A stretch of 64,000 nucleotides of DNA from Anaeromyxobacteraceae bacterium. GTDB taxonomy: Bacteria > Myxococcota > Myxococcia > Myxococcales > Anaeromyxobacteraceae. Both the position numbers and the translations under genes were made by a program. The notes beneath the pieces are model-generated. The model was not told where the DNA came from. It searched no databases and saw only the letters and a list, made by a program, of their open reading frames with translations. Location of the stretch: the NCBI GenBank assembly GCA_032654565.1, contig JAULAX010000007.1, positions 162,051 to 226,050 of the forward strand, written 5' to 3'. Of this stretch, positions 21,632-32,802 are shown piece after piece; position 1 is the stretch's first letter, and every line of letters starts with the position of its first letter.

Positions 21632-24600
21632 GTGACCAAGCGCCGGCTCGCCCTCGCCTTCCTCGCCCTGCTGCTGGCCCTGGTGGCCGGCTCGCTGGCG
21701 GTGCTGCGCACGCGCTGGGCGGGCGACCGCATCTGCGCGCTGGCCTCGGCCCGGATCCGCGCCGCCACCGGGCTGGAGGTGGCGACCACCTCATGCCGCA
21801 TCGAGCCCTTCACGCTCTCGGTGCTGACCGAGGGGCTGCGGCTGGGACCGGCCCAGGCGCCCACCTTCACGGCCGAGGCCGTGGAGGCCCGCCTGGCCGT
21901 CATCCAGGGGCTGGGCGGGCGGCTCGAGCTGGCGTCGCTGCGGCTGACCCGCCCGCGCGTGGTGGCGACGCTCCCGGCCCCCTCGCCCACCCCGCGCACC
22001 TGTCCGCCGCCGGAGCTGGGGCGGATCGACCTGGGCCGGCTCGACCTCACCGACGGCGCCCTGGAGCTCACGCTCCCCGGCGGCGGGCGGGTGGCGGTCG
22101 ACGGGCTCCGCGTCGAGGCGGGCCGGAAGGCCACCTCGCGGTGGCCCTTCGGCCCGGCGGCGCGCCGGCTCCACGTCACCGCGGGCGCCGGCGAGGTGAG
22201 GGTGGCGGCGGCCGGCCGGGCCTGGCGGGCGCGGGATCCGGCCATCGACGGCGAGGTGGCGCTCGACCTCTCGGAGGCCACCCTGGACGGCGCCGAGGCC
22301 CTGGTCGACGGCGTCAAGCTGGGGGCCCGCGGCCTGGTCAAGTCGCTCTGCGACCCGGTGCTCGACCTCACCGCCACCGTCGAGGGGTCCCTGGCCAGGG
22401 TGGTGGCCCTGGCCGGCGAGTCCCCCGGGGCCTGGGACGCCCAGCTCAAGGTGCAGGCGCGGGTCACGGGCCGCCCGGCGGCGCCGGCCCTGGGCGGCAC
22501 CGTCGACTTCACCCAGCTCGCCTCCGGCGGGGTCAAGCTCGGGGCCGGTCACGCCGAGGCCCGGGTGGTCGGCGACAAGGTGCTGGTGGACCGGCTCACC
22601 CTCCCGTTCACCGGCGGTACGCTCAAGGCCACCGGGGTGGTCACCCTGGCCTCCGACGTCCCCATCGAGGCCACCGCGCAGATCGAGGGGGTCGACCTGG
22701 CGGAGGTCCTGGAGCGGCTCTCGGTGCCGGGCGCCTGGGTGACCGGGCGGATGACCGGCACCGCCACGGTCAGCGGCACCGTCTGGCCGCCCCGGCTGGC
22801 CCTGGAGGTGGACGCGCAGGTGCGCGGCTTCCGCGCCCTCACCGGTCCGTGGCGCCAGGCCCGGGCCGGCGACCAGGCCATGGTGGAGTTCGCGCAGGGG
22901 CGGATCAAGGCGCCCTTCCGCATCACCCTCGACGGCCTCTTCTTCGAGCGGGCCCGCATCGAGGTGGGGCGCGGGGCCCTCGACCTCGACGCCGAGGTCT
23001 ACTTCGACGACGCCCGGGGCTTCCAGCTCCGGGCCGCCGGGGAGGTGGACCTGGCGCCGCTCGGCCACATCGCCGGCCTGCCCATGTCCGGCCACGGCGC
23101 CGTCTCCACCCGGGTCAGCGCCGTCCCCTACGGGCTGCCCCAGGCCGAGGCCAAGGTGAAGCTGGAGCAGTTCCGCTTCCTCGACGTCGACCTGGGGACC
23201 GTCAGCGGCGACGTGGTCCACGCCGCCGACAAGGTGCTGCGGTTCTCCAACCTGGAGGGGCGGCGCGGGGCCAGCGCCTACGGCGGCTGGCTGGCGGTCG
23301 ACCTGGGGGCCACGCCGGTGCGGCTGTCCGGCTCCCGGTTCAGCGTCAGCGGGGTGGCCCGCGACTACCTCGACGCCGTCACCGACTGGCTGCCCAGCTC
23401 GCGGGCCCTGCGCGGGCTGATCGACGGCCGCGTCGACGCCATGACGGTCACGGCGGCCGGGCCGGCGGCGGCCCCGGACATCCAGTTCGAGGGGCGCTTC
23501 GGGCCCTGCGAGGTCATGGGGCGGAGCTTCGACGGCGGGCGGGTCGCCGGCGTCATCCTCCAGGCCGCCTCGGTCCGCTTCGACCGGCTGGAGCTGACCT
23601 CCGGGCCGGGCACGGTGGGGGCGGTCGGCACCTGGGCGTTCCAGGGGCCGCAGCCCTGGGCGCTGACGCTCTCGGCGGCCGGGCTGCCGGCGGCGACCCT
23701 GGCGCTGCCGGGCGGGGCCTGGAGCGGCTCGATCTCCGGGAGCGCCGTCCTCGACGGCTCCTGGGACCAGCCCAAGGTCCGCTTCGCGCTCAACGGCGAC
23801 GCCCTGTCGCTGCGCGGCATCGCCTTCGGCACCGTCCAGCTGGGCGGCACCATCGAGGCGGATCGGCTGCTGGTGACCGGCGGCGCCGAGGGGATGCGCT
23901 TCTCCGCCGAGGCCAGGCTCGACGGCCGCAGGCCCTACCAGGCCCGGGTCGACCTGAAGCTGGAGGACGCGGCCCGGCTCTGGCCGGGCGGGCCCCCCAG
24001 CGGCTTCCGCGCCGCCGTCGAGGGGCTGGCCACCGCCAGCGGGGAGCTGGCCGCCCCGCGCACCGCCCGCGGGCGGATCGAGCTCAGCCGGCTCAGCGTC
24101 GCCGTCAGCGACTTCCGCGTCGAGAACGCCGCGCCGGTGGCGCTCCGCTTCGACGGCGGGCGGCTCGACATCGAGACCTTCAGGATCCAGGGGCCCAACA
24201 CCGAGTTCTCGGTGAGCGGGGGGATGGGCGGCGGGCTCGACCTCGACCTCGACGCCGCCGGCGCCATCGACCTGCGCTTCCTGGCCGGCCTGCTGCCGGC
24301 GCTGCGGCGTCCCCACGGCCAGCTCACCCTGGAGGCGCACGTGGGCGGCACCACCGAGGCCCTGGAGCTGCTCGGCGACGGGCGGGTGGACGAGGGCGGC
24401 TTCCAGGTGCGCGGGACCAACGCCGTCTTCGAGGGGCTGACCGGCGGGCTCTCCTTTTCCCAGAACCGGGTGATCTTCGACGGGGCCGAGGCCCGCATCA
24501 ACGGGGGCAAGACCACCATGTCCGGCGAGGTGGAGCTGGTGCGGCTGCTCCCCTCCCGGCTGCGGCTGGAGGCGTCGCTGGAGGCGGTGCCGGTGGCCAT

Positions 24601-25567
24601 CCCCGCCTACCTGCCGGTGACGGTCTCGGGCCGGGTCGAGGCGGCCGGCACGCTCGAGGAGACGGTGGTGACCGGGCGGCTCCACGTCCTCAAGGCCCGC
24701 TACACCGACAACGTCGACATGGAGAAGGGGCTGCTCGAGCTGCGGCGGCGCCGCGCCGCGGCGGCCCGCACCTACGACAAGGCCTCGGAGTGGCTGCGCT
24801 TCGACCTGCAGATGGCGGTGGACGGCGACGCCCGCATCGAGAACGACGTGGCGCGCGGCGGGGTGCGCGGCGAGCTGACCCTGGTGGGGAGCCTGGCGGC
24901 GCCCGGGATGATCGGCTCGCTCACCATGACCGAGGGGAGCCGGGCCATGTTCCGCGGCAACGAGTTCGCCCTCAGCCACGCCGTCGTCGAGTTCACCGAG
25001 CGCGACCGGGTGGAGATGGGGCTCGACGTCCACGGCGAGGCGCGGGTGCGCGACTACCAGGTCTTCATGCACGTCTTCGGCCCCCTCACCGAGCCGAAGC
25101 TGGGGCTCACCTCCTCGCCGCCGCTCTCGCAGCCCGACATCATCACCCTGCTCTCCATGGGCTACACCTCGCGCGACACCCCGGCCAGCGCCGGTGTCCA
25201 GGGGATGGCCCAGGCGGCCGCCGCCCAGGCCCTGATCACCGCCTCCGGGCTGGACGAGCAGGTGCGCCGCTTCATGCCCCGCGGCGAGGTGCTCCAGGAC
25301 CTCTCGGTGCGGGTCACCAGCGCCTACACCGAGGGGACCGGGCAGGTGGAGCCGCGGGCCGAGTTCGAGTCCTGGCTGGTGAAGGACCGGCTCAAGCTGC
25401 GCTACCAGGCGCCGCTCTCCGGGGCCCGCGGCCAGAAGGCCCAGGCCGAGCTGCGGCTCGGCGACCACACCGCGCTCCAGTACCAGTGGGACAACGACAA
25501 CCCCGAGCTGAAGACCGGCGGTGACCACGGGGTCGACCTGCGCCTGCGCTGGGAGTGGCACGAATGA
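21632..25567 (+). CDS. tamB: TamB/AsmA-like translocation/assembly module protein
   Basis: N-terminal TM anchor, about 1300 aa beta-taco-like sequence, C-terminal LTSSPPLSQPDIITLL; paired with an Omp85 gene; start refined to the GTG at 21632. Confidence 0.85.
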   Translation: MTKRRLALAFLALLLALVAGSLAVLRTRWAGDRICALASARIRAATGLEVATTSCRIEPFTLSVLTEGLRLGPAQAPTFTAEAVEARLAVIQGLGGRLELASLRLTRPRVVATLPAPSPTPRTCPPPELGRIDLGRLDLTDGALELTLPGGGRVAVDGLRVEAGRKATSRWPFGPAARRLHVTAGAGEVRVAAAGRAWRARDPAIDGEVALDLSEATLDGAEALVDGVKLGARGLVKSLCDPVLDLTATVEGSLARVVALAGESPGAWDAQLKVQARVTGRPAAPALGGTVDFTQLASGGVKLGAGHAEARVVGDKVLVDRLTLPFTGGTLKATGVVTLASDVPIEATAQIEGVDLAEVLERLSVPGAWVTGRMTGTATVSGTVWPPRLALEVDAQVRGFRALTGPWRQARAGDQAMVEFAQGRIKAPFRITLDGLFFERARIEVGRGALDLDAEVYFDDARGFQLRAAGEVDLAPLGHIAGLPMSGHGAVSTRVSAVPYGLPQAEAKVKLEQFRFLDVDLGTVSGDVVHAADKVLRFSNLEGRRGASAYGGWLAVDLGATPVRLSGSRFSVSGVARDYLDAVTDWLPSSRALRGLIDGRVDAMTVTAAGPAAAPDIQFEGRFGPCEVMGRSFDGGRVAGVILQAASVRFDRLELTSGPGTVGAVGTWAFQGPQPWALTLSAAGLPAATLALPGGAWSGSISGSAVLDGSWDQPKVRFALNGDALSLRGIAFGTVQLGGTIEADRLLVTGGAEGMRFSAEARLDGRRPYQARVDLKLEDAARLWPGGPPSGFRAAVEGLATASGELAAPRTARGRIELSRLSVAVSDFRVENAAPVALRFDGGRLDIETFRIQGPNTEFSVSGGMGGGLDLDLDAAGAIDLRFLAGLLPALRRPHGQLTLEAHVGGTTEALELLGDGRVDEGGFQVRGTNAVFEGLTGGLSFSQNRVIFDGAEARINGGKTTMSGEVELVRLLPSRLRLEASLEAVPVAIPAYLPVTVSGRVEAAGTLEETVVTGRLHVLKARYTDNVDMEKGLLELRRRRAAAARTYDKASEWLRFDLQMAVDGDARIENDVARGGVRGELTLVGSLAAPGMIGSLTMTEGSRAMFRGNEFALSHAVVEFTERDRVEMGLDVHGEARVRDYQVFMHVFGPLTEPKLGLTSSPPLSQPDIITLLSMGYTSRDTPASAGVQGMAQAAAAQALITASGLDEQVRRFMPRGEVLQDLSVRVTSAYTEGTGQVEPRAEFESWLVKDRLKLRYQAPLSGARGQKAQAELRLGDHTALQYQWDNDNPELKTGGDHGVDLRLRWEWHE

Positions 25568-28500
25568 GCCCGGTCCACGCCGCGGCCGTGCTGCTGGCCC
25601 TGCTCTCCGGGGCGGCCCCCCCGACCTCCCCGGCCGCGCCGGCCGGGCCCGCCGTTCGCCGGGCCGCCACCGTCAACCTGGTGCTCCCCGAGCACGAGGA
25701 CGATCCGGCGCTGGAGGCGCTGGTGGTGCTGGAGCGCGGCGCGCCGGTGACCGTCCCGGCGCTGCGCCGCACCGTCACCCGGCTCTTCCAGTCGGGCCGC
25801 TGCCGCGACGTGGTGGTCACCGGGCGGGAGGCGGCGGCGCCGGCCGGGGCCGGCGGCGAGTGGATCGACCTGACCGTCGAGTGCCTGCCGCCGCGCATCC
25901 TCGCGGCCGCGACCTGGGCCTTCGAGGGCCCGACCCCGCTCGGCGAGCGCGAGCTCAAGGGCGAGCTGCAGGTGGCCCTGGGCGACCCCATCGACCAGGA
26001 CGACGTCGAGCGGATCTCCGCCCGCATGGTGGCGGCGCTGCGGCAGCGCGGCCACCTGGCGGCGGTGGTCGACGGGCGCCTGGCCGGCCAGCCGGCGGCG
26101 ACGCTGCACCTGGTGGTGAAGGCCGGGCCGCCCACCCTGGTGACGGCGGTGCGGCTGCCGGGGGCCGGGGCCGACGAGGCGGGGCTGCGCGCCCGGCTGG
26201 CCACCCGCCCCGGCGAGCTGCTGGTGGGGGAGCGGCTGCGCGCCGACCAGGAGACGCTGGTGGCCGCCCTGCACGCTGCCGGTCGCCGCCGGGCCCGGGT
26301 CGGCGCGGCCTCGGTGCACGACGTGGAGGGGGGCGTCGAGGTGATGTTCCCGGTGCAGCCCGGGCCGCTGGTGGCGCTGGAGGTCCGCGGCGCCGAGCAG
26401 TTCACCGGCGCCGAGCTGGCCGCGCAGCTGCAGCTCGACGGCGGGGCGGGGCTGGACGCCGCCGCCATCGAGGCCGGGCTGGAGCGGCTGCGCGTCTTCT
26501 ACCGCGCCCACGGCCACGCCCTGGCCCGGTTCGAGGCCGAGGAGCGGCGCCTCGGCGAGGGGCTGGTGGTGACCATCCACGTCACCGAGGGGCGGCCCTA
26601 CCGGCTGCGCGGGCTGCGCGTCGAGGGGGCGGAGGGGCGCGGCGAGGCGGTGGTGAACGACCGGCTGCGCGCCCTGCTGGAGGAGGAGCAGGGGACGCCG
26701 CCGGCCAGCCCGCCCAACGACCTGGCGCGGGCGCTGGAGGCCTCGATCCCCACGGCGCCGCCGCGGCGGGCCCCGCCGCCCCGGCCGGCCCCGGAGACTC
26801 TGCTCGACGAGGTGCCGACCGACCGGGCCCTGGCCCGGCTCGTCGAGGAGTACCAGAACGACGGCTACCTCGAGGCGACCTCGCTGGGCTGGTCGGTGGA
26901 GACCGACGCCGACCGGGGCACGCTCGAGGTGGTGGTGCGGCTGCGCGAGGGGGAGCGGACCACGGTCGACTCCATCGGCTTCGAGGGGAACGCCCAGGTG
27001 CCGCTCACCGACCTGGCCCGGGAGGCGCGGCTGGCTCCGGGGCGGCCGCTGGTGTTCGAGCAGGTGGAGGCGACCCGGTCGGCGCTGCTGCGGCTCTACC
27101 TGGCCCGCGGCTTCCTCTACGCCCGGGTCGAGGCCAAGGAGGAGATCGACCGGGAGCGCCACCTGGCGGCGCTGCGCTTCGTGGTCGACGAGGGGCCGCG
27201 GGTCCGCATCGGCCGGGTGCTGGTGAGCGGCAACCGGCGCACCCGCGCCTCGGTGATCCGGCGCGCCGTCTCGGTCAGGGAGGGGGAGCCGTACGACCCG
27301 GAGGCGGTGGCCCGGACGCAGACGGCGCTGCTGGCGCTGGGGGTCTTCCGCTCGGTGGGGCTGCGGCTCTCCGACGCCGAGACTCCCGAGGCGGTCAAGG
27401 ACCTCAACATCGAGCTGTCCGAGCGCCCCTGGCTCTACGTCTCGACCGGGGCCGGCTTCTCCCTCGCCAACGGGCCGCGCGCCGCGGTGGAGTGGGGCCA
27501 GCCCAACCTGCTGGGCCGGGCCCTGGAGCTGACCTCGCGCGCCAAGATCAACTACCCGCTGGAGTACTTCCGCCCCGACCTGCAGAACGTCAGCCCCAAG
27601 AACCGCTGGGAAGGGCGCGCCGACGTCGGGCTGCGGGCGCCGCAGTTCACCCCCTGGCCGATGGCCGGGCGGCTCGACGTCATCGCCGAGCGGCTGCGGC
27701 GCCGGGCCTACGACATGTCGGACATCTCCACGGTGTTCGGGGTCGACCACCCGCTCACCAGCCGGATCTCGCTCTCCCTGCAGTACGAGGTGATGGTGGG
27801 GCGGCTGGTGCGGAACAGCGCCACCTCCTACCTGACCCAGGCCGACCTGGAGCGCCTCCGCTTCGACCAGGGCACCACCTCCCTCCAGTCGATCCGGCCG
27901 GTGGCCACCCTCGACTACCGGGACAACGCCTCCCACCCGCACTCCGGCTGGTTCGCCACCGGGTCGGCCGAGTGGGCCCACTCGATGGGCGCCGCCGGCC
28001 ACCAGTACCTCGGCTTCTTCCCCGGCAGCGACATCTACAGCAACCTGGTCAAGGTGCAGGGGACGCTCTCCGCCTACCTCCCGGTGAGCCGGGCCACCAC
28101 CCTGGCCCTCTCCGCCCGCGGCGGCCGCGTCTACCCGCTCGACGATCGGTCGCGCACCATCATCCCCAAGCGCTTCTTCCTCGGCGGCGCCGGCTCCATG
28201 CGCGGCTTCGCCGAGGAGGAGATGGTGGCCCAGGACCTGCGTGACGGGCTGGCCGACCAGTCCAACCACTGCGCCAGCTCCATCGCCGCCGGCGGGGTCG
28301 CCGGCCAGGCCGGCTGCACCGGGGCCGGCCAGCGGCTCAACGCCGGCCAGATGGTGGCCAGCGAGGGAGGCGAGGCCTACGTGCTGTTCAAGGCCGAGCT
28401 GCGCCTCGGCCTCTCGAAGAGCGTCGAGCTGGGGATCTTCTCCGACCTCGGCAACCTCTGGGCCAACCCGGCCAACTTCAGGCTGCTCGACCTGCGCCCC

Positions 28501-28632
28501 AACGCCGGCGCCGGCCTCCGCTTCGTCACCCCGGTCGGCCCGGCGGCCCTCGACCTCGGCTTCAACCTGCTGCCGGACCGGCGCATCAACGAGCGGATCT
28601 GGGCCGTCCACTTCACCATCGGGCTGTTCTAG
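25564..28632 (+). CDS. Omp85-family (TamA/BamA-like) outer membrane protein with POTRA repeats
   Basis: POTRA motifs (FEGN, GFLYARV, VSGNRRTR), FFLGGAGSMRGF, GLRFVTPVGP, terminal Phe. Confidence 0.9.
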   Translation: MSPVHAAAVLLALLSGAAPPTSPAAPAGPAVRRAATVNLVLPEHEDDPALEALVVLERGAPVTVPALRRTVTRLFQSGRCRDVVVTGREAAAPAGAGGEWIDLTVECLPPRILAAATWAFEGPTPLGERELKGELQVALGDPIDQDDVERISARMVAALRQRGHLAAVVDGRLAGQPAATLHLVVKAGPPTLVTAVRLPGAGADEAGLRARLATRPGELLVGERLRADQETLVAALHAAGRRRARVGAASVHDVEGGVEVMFPVQPGPLVALEVRGAEQFTGAELAAQLQLDGGAGLDAAAIEAGLERLRVFYRAHGHALARFEAEERRLGEGLVVTIHVTEGRPYRLRGLRVEGAEGRGEAVVNDRLRALLEEEQGTPPASPPNDLARALEASIPTAPPRRAPPPRPAPETLLDEVPTDRALARLVEEYQNDGYLEATSLGWSVETDADRGTLEVVVRLREGERTTVDSIGFEGNAQVPLTDLAREARLAPGRPLVFEQVEATRSALLRLYLARGFLYARVEAKEEIDRERHLAALRFVVDEGPRVRIGRVLVSGNRRTRASVIRRAVSVREGEPYDPEAVARTQTALLALGVFRSVGLRLSDAETPEAVKDLNIELSERPWLYVSTGAGFSLANGPRAAVEWGQPNLLGRALELTSRAKINYPLEYFRPDLQNVSPKNRWEGRADVGLRAPQFTPWPMAGRLDVIAERLRRRAYDMSDISTVFGVDHPLTSRISLSLQYEVMVGRLVRNSATSYLTQADLERLRFDQGTTSLQSIRPVATLDYRDNASHPHSGWFATGSAEWAHSMGAAGHQYLGFFPGSDIYSNLVKVQGTLSAYLPVSRATTLALSARGGRVYPLDDRSRTIIPKRFFLGGAGSMRGFAEEEMVAQDLRDGLADQSNHCASSIAAGGVAGQAGCTGAGQRLNAGQMVASEGGEAYVLFKAELRLGLSKSVELGIFSDLGNLWANPANFRLLDLRPNAGAGLRFVTPVGPAALDLGFNLLPDRRINERIWAVHFTIGLF

Positions 28633-29303
28633 GTCGCCGGCGGCCCGGCCAGCTCCGGGAGCCGCGCCAGCACCTCGTGGAAGGTGCTGAACTCCTGGTG
28701 GACCACCCCGCGGTCGCGGCACCACTCGACCAGGCTGGAGCCGGACCGGGCGAAGACCAGGTCGCCGGCCTCGGCAGCGCAGCGGTCGCCGGCGCCGTCA
28801 CCCAGCACCAGCACCCGGTGCCCGGCCCGCTGCAGCTCGCGCACCACCTCCCCCTTGCAGGCGCCGCAGAAGCCGCAGTCGGGGCCGTGGAAGGCCACCG
28901 AGAGGCCGGTCGGCGAGCAGGCCGCCCGGTTGGAGCGCAGCTCGAGGTGGCGCCGCAGCGGGGCGGGGAGGCCGGCCAGCACCGGCTCGATGTAGGCGTC
29001 GAGCCCGGCCGAGACGATGAGGAAGCGGTGGCCGGACCCGGCGCAGGCCGCCAGGAAGTCCTCGAAGCCCGGGCGCCAGGCCGCCCGCTCCAGGGCGAAG
29101 GCGGCGATCTCCTCCCGGCTGGCGGTGATGGGGGCGAAGACCGCCTGGAGGAGCACGCCGAAGCTCGACTGCCCGGCCCGGAAGAGCGCCTCGGCCGCCT
29201 CGTAGGCGGCGGCGCCGGCGAAGCGCTGGGCCACGGCGTCGCCGAGGTCGAGGGCCAGCGCGGTGCCGTCGAAGTCGCAGACGATGGCCCAGGGGCGAGG
29301 CAT
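28629..29303 (-). CDS. HAD-IB phosphatase, MtnX-like
   Basis: CDFDGT, IVSAG, CGxCK, GDGAGD motifs. Confidence 0.85.
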   Translation of the reverse strand: MPRPWAIVCDFDGTALALDLGDAVAQRFAGAAAYEAAEALFRAGQSSFGVLLQAVFAPITASREEIAAFALERAAWRPGFEDFLAACAGSGHRFLIVSAGLDAYIEPVLAGLPAPLRRHLELRSNRAACSPTGLSVAFHGPDCGFCGACKGEVVRELQRAGHRVLVLGDGAGDRCAAEAGDLVFARSGSSLVEWCRDRGVVHQEFSTFHEVLARLPELAGPPAT

Positions 29304-29342
29304 GGGGGGGGGGGCTGGTCGTAACGCCCGGGGGAGGTGGCG

Positions 29343-30293
29343 TCAACCCGGGTGGCGCGCGCCGGCCAGCCGCTCGTGGACCAGCCCCCAGCGGACGCCC
29401 CGGTCGGAGACGGTGAGCGCCTCGAAGCCGGTGAGCGCCATGGCCACCGCCACCACCACCGCCCCGGCGACGATGACGTCGGCCCGCTTCGGCTCCATGC
29501 CGGGGAGCCGGGCCCGCTCGGCGAGCGGCAGCGCCGCCAGCCGGGTCACCAGCGCCTCGACCCGGGCCAGCGAGAGCGAGGCGCCGTGGACCCGCTCGGC
29601 GTCGTAGGCGGGGAGGGCCTGGTCCACCGCCGCCAGGGTGGTGACGGTGCCGGCCACCCCCACCAGCCGCCCGCCGCGCCGCCCGCCGCCGTCCATGCCG
29701 GCCAGCGGCCGCAGCGCCTCGCCGGCAGCCCGGCGCAGGGTGGCCAGGGTGGCGGCGTCGATGGGGTCGGCGGTGACGTGGCGCTCGGTGAGCCGCACCG
29801 CCCCCACCTGCAGGCTGCGCCGGCCGCGCGGCGCCTCCTCGTCACCAAAGGTGAACTCGGTCGAGCCGCCCCCGACGTCGAGCACGGCCAGCCCCCCGGC
29901 CCCGGCCCGGCCGGCCCCGAAGTCGCGCCAGGCGCTGGCGTAGACCAGCCGGGCCTCCTCGTCGCCGCTGATGATGCGCGGGGTGAGGCCGGCGGCGGCC
30001 CGGACCGCGGCGAAGAAGTCGGCGCCGTTGGCGGCGTCGCGGGCGGCGCTGGTGGCCACGCAGTCGATGGCGACGGCGCCCAGGGCCCGGGCCTCGGCGG
30101 CGTAGGCGCCCAGCACCCGGGCGGTCTCGGCGATGGCGGCCGGGTCGAGCCGGCCGGTGGCGTCGACGCCCCGTCCCAGCCGGGTGATCTCGGCCCGCTC
30201 GGCGAGCGCCACCGGCCCGTGGGGGCCGTCCTCGGCCACCAGCAGCAGGACGGTGTTGGTGCCGACGTCGATGGCGGCGACGCGGGTGGGCAT
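29343..30293 (-). CDS. ppx: Ppx/GppA exopolyphosphatase family
   Basis: AAIDVGTNT, ATSAARDA.N, ISGDEEA, DVGGGSTE, RADVI, GVRWG. Confidence 0.92.
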   Translation of the reverse strand: MPTRVAAIDVGTNTVLLLVAEDGPHGPVALAERAEITRLGRGVDATGRLDPAAIAETARVLGAYAAEARALGAVAIDCVATSAARDAANGADFFAAVRAAAGLTPRIISGDEEARLVYASAWRDFGAGRAGAGGLAVLDVGGGSTEFTFGDEEAPRGRRSLQVGAVRLTERHVTADPIDAATLATLRRAAGEALRPLAGMDGGGRRGGRLVGVAGTVTTLAAVDQALPAYDAERVHGASLSLARVEALVTRLAALPLAERARLPGMEPKRADVIVAGAVVVAVAMALTGFEALTVSDRGVRWGLVHERLAGARHPG

Positions 30294-30295
30294 GG

Positions 30296-31585
30296 TCACT
30301 CCGCCGGGAGCGGGCCCCAGGCCGGGGTCATCAGGTCGGCGCCGCTGGTGAGGACGGTCTGGCGCTCGCCGCGCGGGTCGGAGACCAGCAGCTGGGGGGT
30401 GCCGCCCCGGTCGCTGGTGAAGGCGAACATGCGGCCGTTGGGGGCCCAGGAGGGCTCCTCGTTGGTCCGCCCCTGGTCCTGGGTGAGCCGCTGGATGCGG
30501 CCGCCGTCGAGGGCCACCGCGAAGACGTCGAAGACGCGCCGCTCGTCACGCGCCGTGAAGGCGATGAGGTCGCCGCGCGGGCTCCACTGCGGGGTCTGGT
30601 TGTAGTTGCCCTGGAAGGTGAGGCGGCGCGGCTCGCTGCCGTCGGCGTTCATGACGTAGAGCTGCGGCGAGCCGGCCCGGTCGGAGACGAAGGCCAGCCG
30701 CTTGCCGTCCGGCGACCAGGAGGGGGAGAGGTCGAGGGCGGCGTTGGCGGTGAGCTTGCGGGCGCCGCTGCCGTCGGGGTTGCAGGTCCAGACGTCGGTG
30801 TCGTTGCCGTCGATGGCGGTGAAGGCGATGCGGCTGCCGTCCGGCGACCAGCTCCCGCCCATGGCGGCGTGGCCGGTGGCGACGCGGCGGAAGCTCTTGT
30901 CGGAGAAGCGGTAGCGCCAGAGCTCGGGCATGCCGCTCCGGTAGCTGGTGACCAGCAGCTCCTCGCCGCTGGGGTGCCAGGCCGGCAGGAGCAGCAGCGC
31001 CTTCTCGCTGAGCAGCACCCGCGGGTTCTGGCCGTCGGCGTCGAAGACCACCAGCTCGCGCCCTTCCTTGACCCGGCGGATGGCGGCGATGCGGGTGCGG
31101 AAGATGCCCCGCTCCCCGGTGTAGTGGCGCACCACCTCGTCGGCGATGCGGTGGCCGAGGCCGCGGACCTCGGCGGCCGGCAGGGTGCGCGCCAGCACCT
31201 CGCGCCCGGCCCGCACCTCGAGGAGCCGCAGGTCGGCGGTGAGCCCCTCCGGCCCGCGGCGCACCCGGGCCTTGACCAGCCCCTCGGCCCCGACGTCGGC
31301 CCAGCGCGAGAACTTGATCGAGGCGGCGGCCAGCCCCTCGCCGGGATCGGCGAGGAAGCCCCTGGGATCCAGCACCTCGAAGAGGCCGCTCCTCGCCAGG
31401 TCGGCGCGCACCACCTCGGTCACCTCGGCGGCGGCGCGGGCGTCCCCCTCGGCGAGGAAGGGGGCCACGGCGATGGGGAGGGGGTGGAAGTCGGGGGCGT
31501 CGACCACCACCCGTGGCCGCTCGGCCCCCGCGGTGGCGGCGGCGGAGACGGCGAGGCAGGCGGCGGCGAGGCGGGCGAGGCGCAT
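30296..31585 (-). CDS. tolB: TolB beta-propeller (Tol-Pal system)
   Basis: Signal peptide, PIAV, TG..GIF.TRIA, WSPDG PD40 repeats; RBS AAGGAG before the ATG at 31585. Confidence 0.92.
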   Translation of the reverse strand: MRLARLAAACLAVSAAATAGAERPRVVVDAPDFHPLPIAVAPFLAEGDARAAAEVTEVVRADLARSGLFEVLDPRGFLADPGEGLAAASIKFSRWADVGAEGLVKARVRRGPEGLTADLRLLEVRAGREVLARTLPAAEVRGLGHRIADEVVRHYTGERGIFRTRIAAIRRVKEGRELVVFDADGQNPRVLLSEKALLLLPAWHPSGEELLVTSYRSGMPELWRYRFSDKSFRRVATGHAAMGGSWSPDGSRIAFTAIDGNDTDVWTCNPDGSGARKLTANAALDLSPSWSPDGKRLAFVSDRAGSPQLYVMNADGSEPRRLTFQGNYNQTPQWSPRGDLIAFTARDERRVFDVFAVALDGGRIQRLTQDQGRTNEEPSWAPNGRMFAFTSDRGGTPQLLVSDPRGERQTVLTSGADLMTPAWGPLPAE

Positions 31586-31605
31586 GGCGCTCCTTGGGGT
31601 TCGCA

Positions 31606-32333
31606 TCAGATCTTGAAGTCGACCTGCAGGCCGCGGCGCCGGTAGGCCTCGCGGGCGTCGGCGGGGGGCGGGGGCAGCCGGATGTCGCGCACCGCCCGCT
31701 CCAGGGCCTCGTCGAAGGTGGGGTTGCCGCTGCGGGTGGCGAACTCGTGGCGGAGCACCCGGCCGTCGGGCTCGATGAAGAGGACGATGGTCCCCTTGAG
31801 GTAGAGCCGCTCCTTCTCGCCGATGGTGGAGGGGACCCGGTAGTTCTGGCGCAGCGCCCGCACCACCTGCGCCAGGTACTGGTCGCCGACCGCCTCGCTG
31901 GAGTCGCCGAGCGGATCGCCGTCCGGGCTGCCGGCCGCCAGCTCCTGCTTCATGCCGGCCAGCAGGCTCCCCAGCCGGCGACCGCCGGTCCGCTCCGCGC
32001 CCGCCTTGGGCGAGGGCTTGGTGGCGGGCACCGCCCTGGCGGCCGGGCCGGGCTTCGCCGCCGGGCTGGCGGGGGCGGCGGCCACCGGGGCGGGCGCCGG
32101 GCCGGGCTCGGGCGCGCTCGGCGTCTCCGGCTCCTTGCGTGGCAGGAGCTCCCTGGGCCGCACCTCGCCCAGCCGGACCAGCTTGGCCACGATGGGCCGC
32201 TGGGAGGGGTCGTACGGGTAGCTGCTGCGGCGGTAGAGCGCCAGCCCGCCCAGCGCGGCGTGGACCGCCACCGAGGCGACCACCGCCGGCCAGAGCCGGT
32301 CGCGCCGGAGCAGGGCGCTGTCGGCCAGGCCGC

Positions 32334-32337
<4 letters not shown>
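31606..32337 (-). CDS. tolA: TolA/TonB C-terminal domain protein
   Basis: TM with S...H motif, Pro/Ala linker, SGNPTFDEALERAV. Confidence 0.8.
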
Positions 32338-32795
<458 letters not shown>

Positions 32796-32802
32796 GGGGC
32801 GC

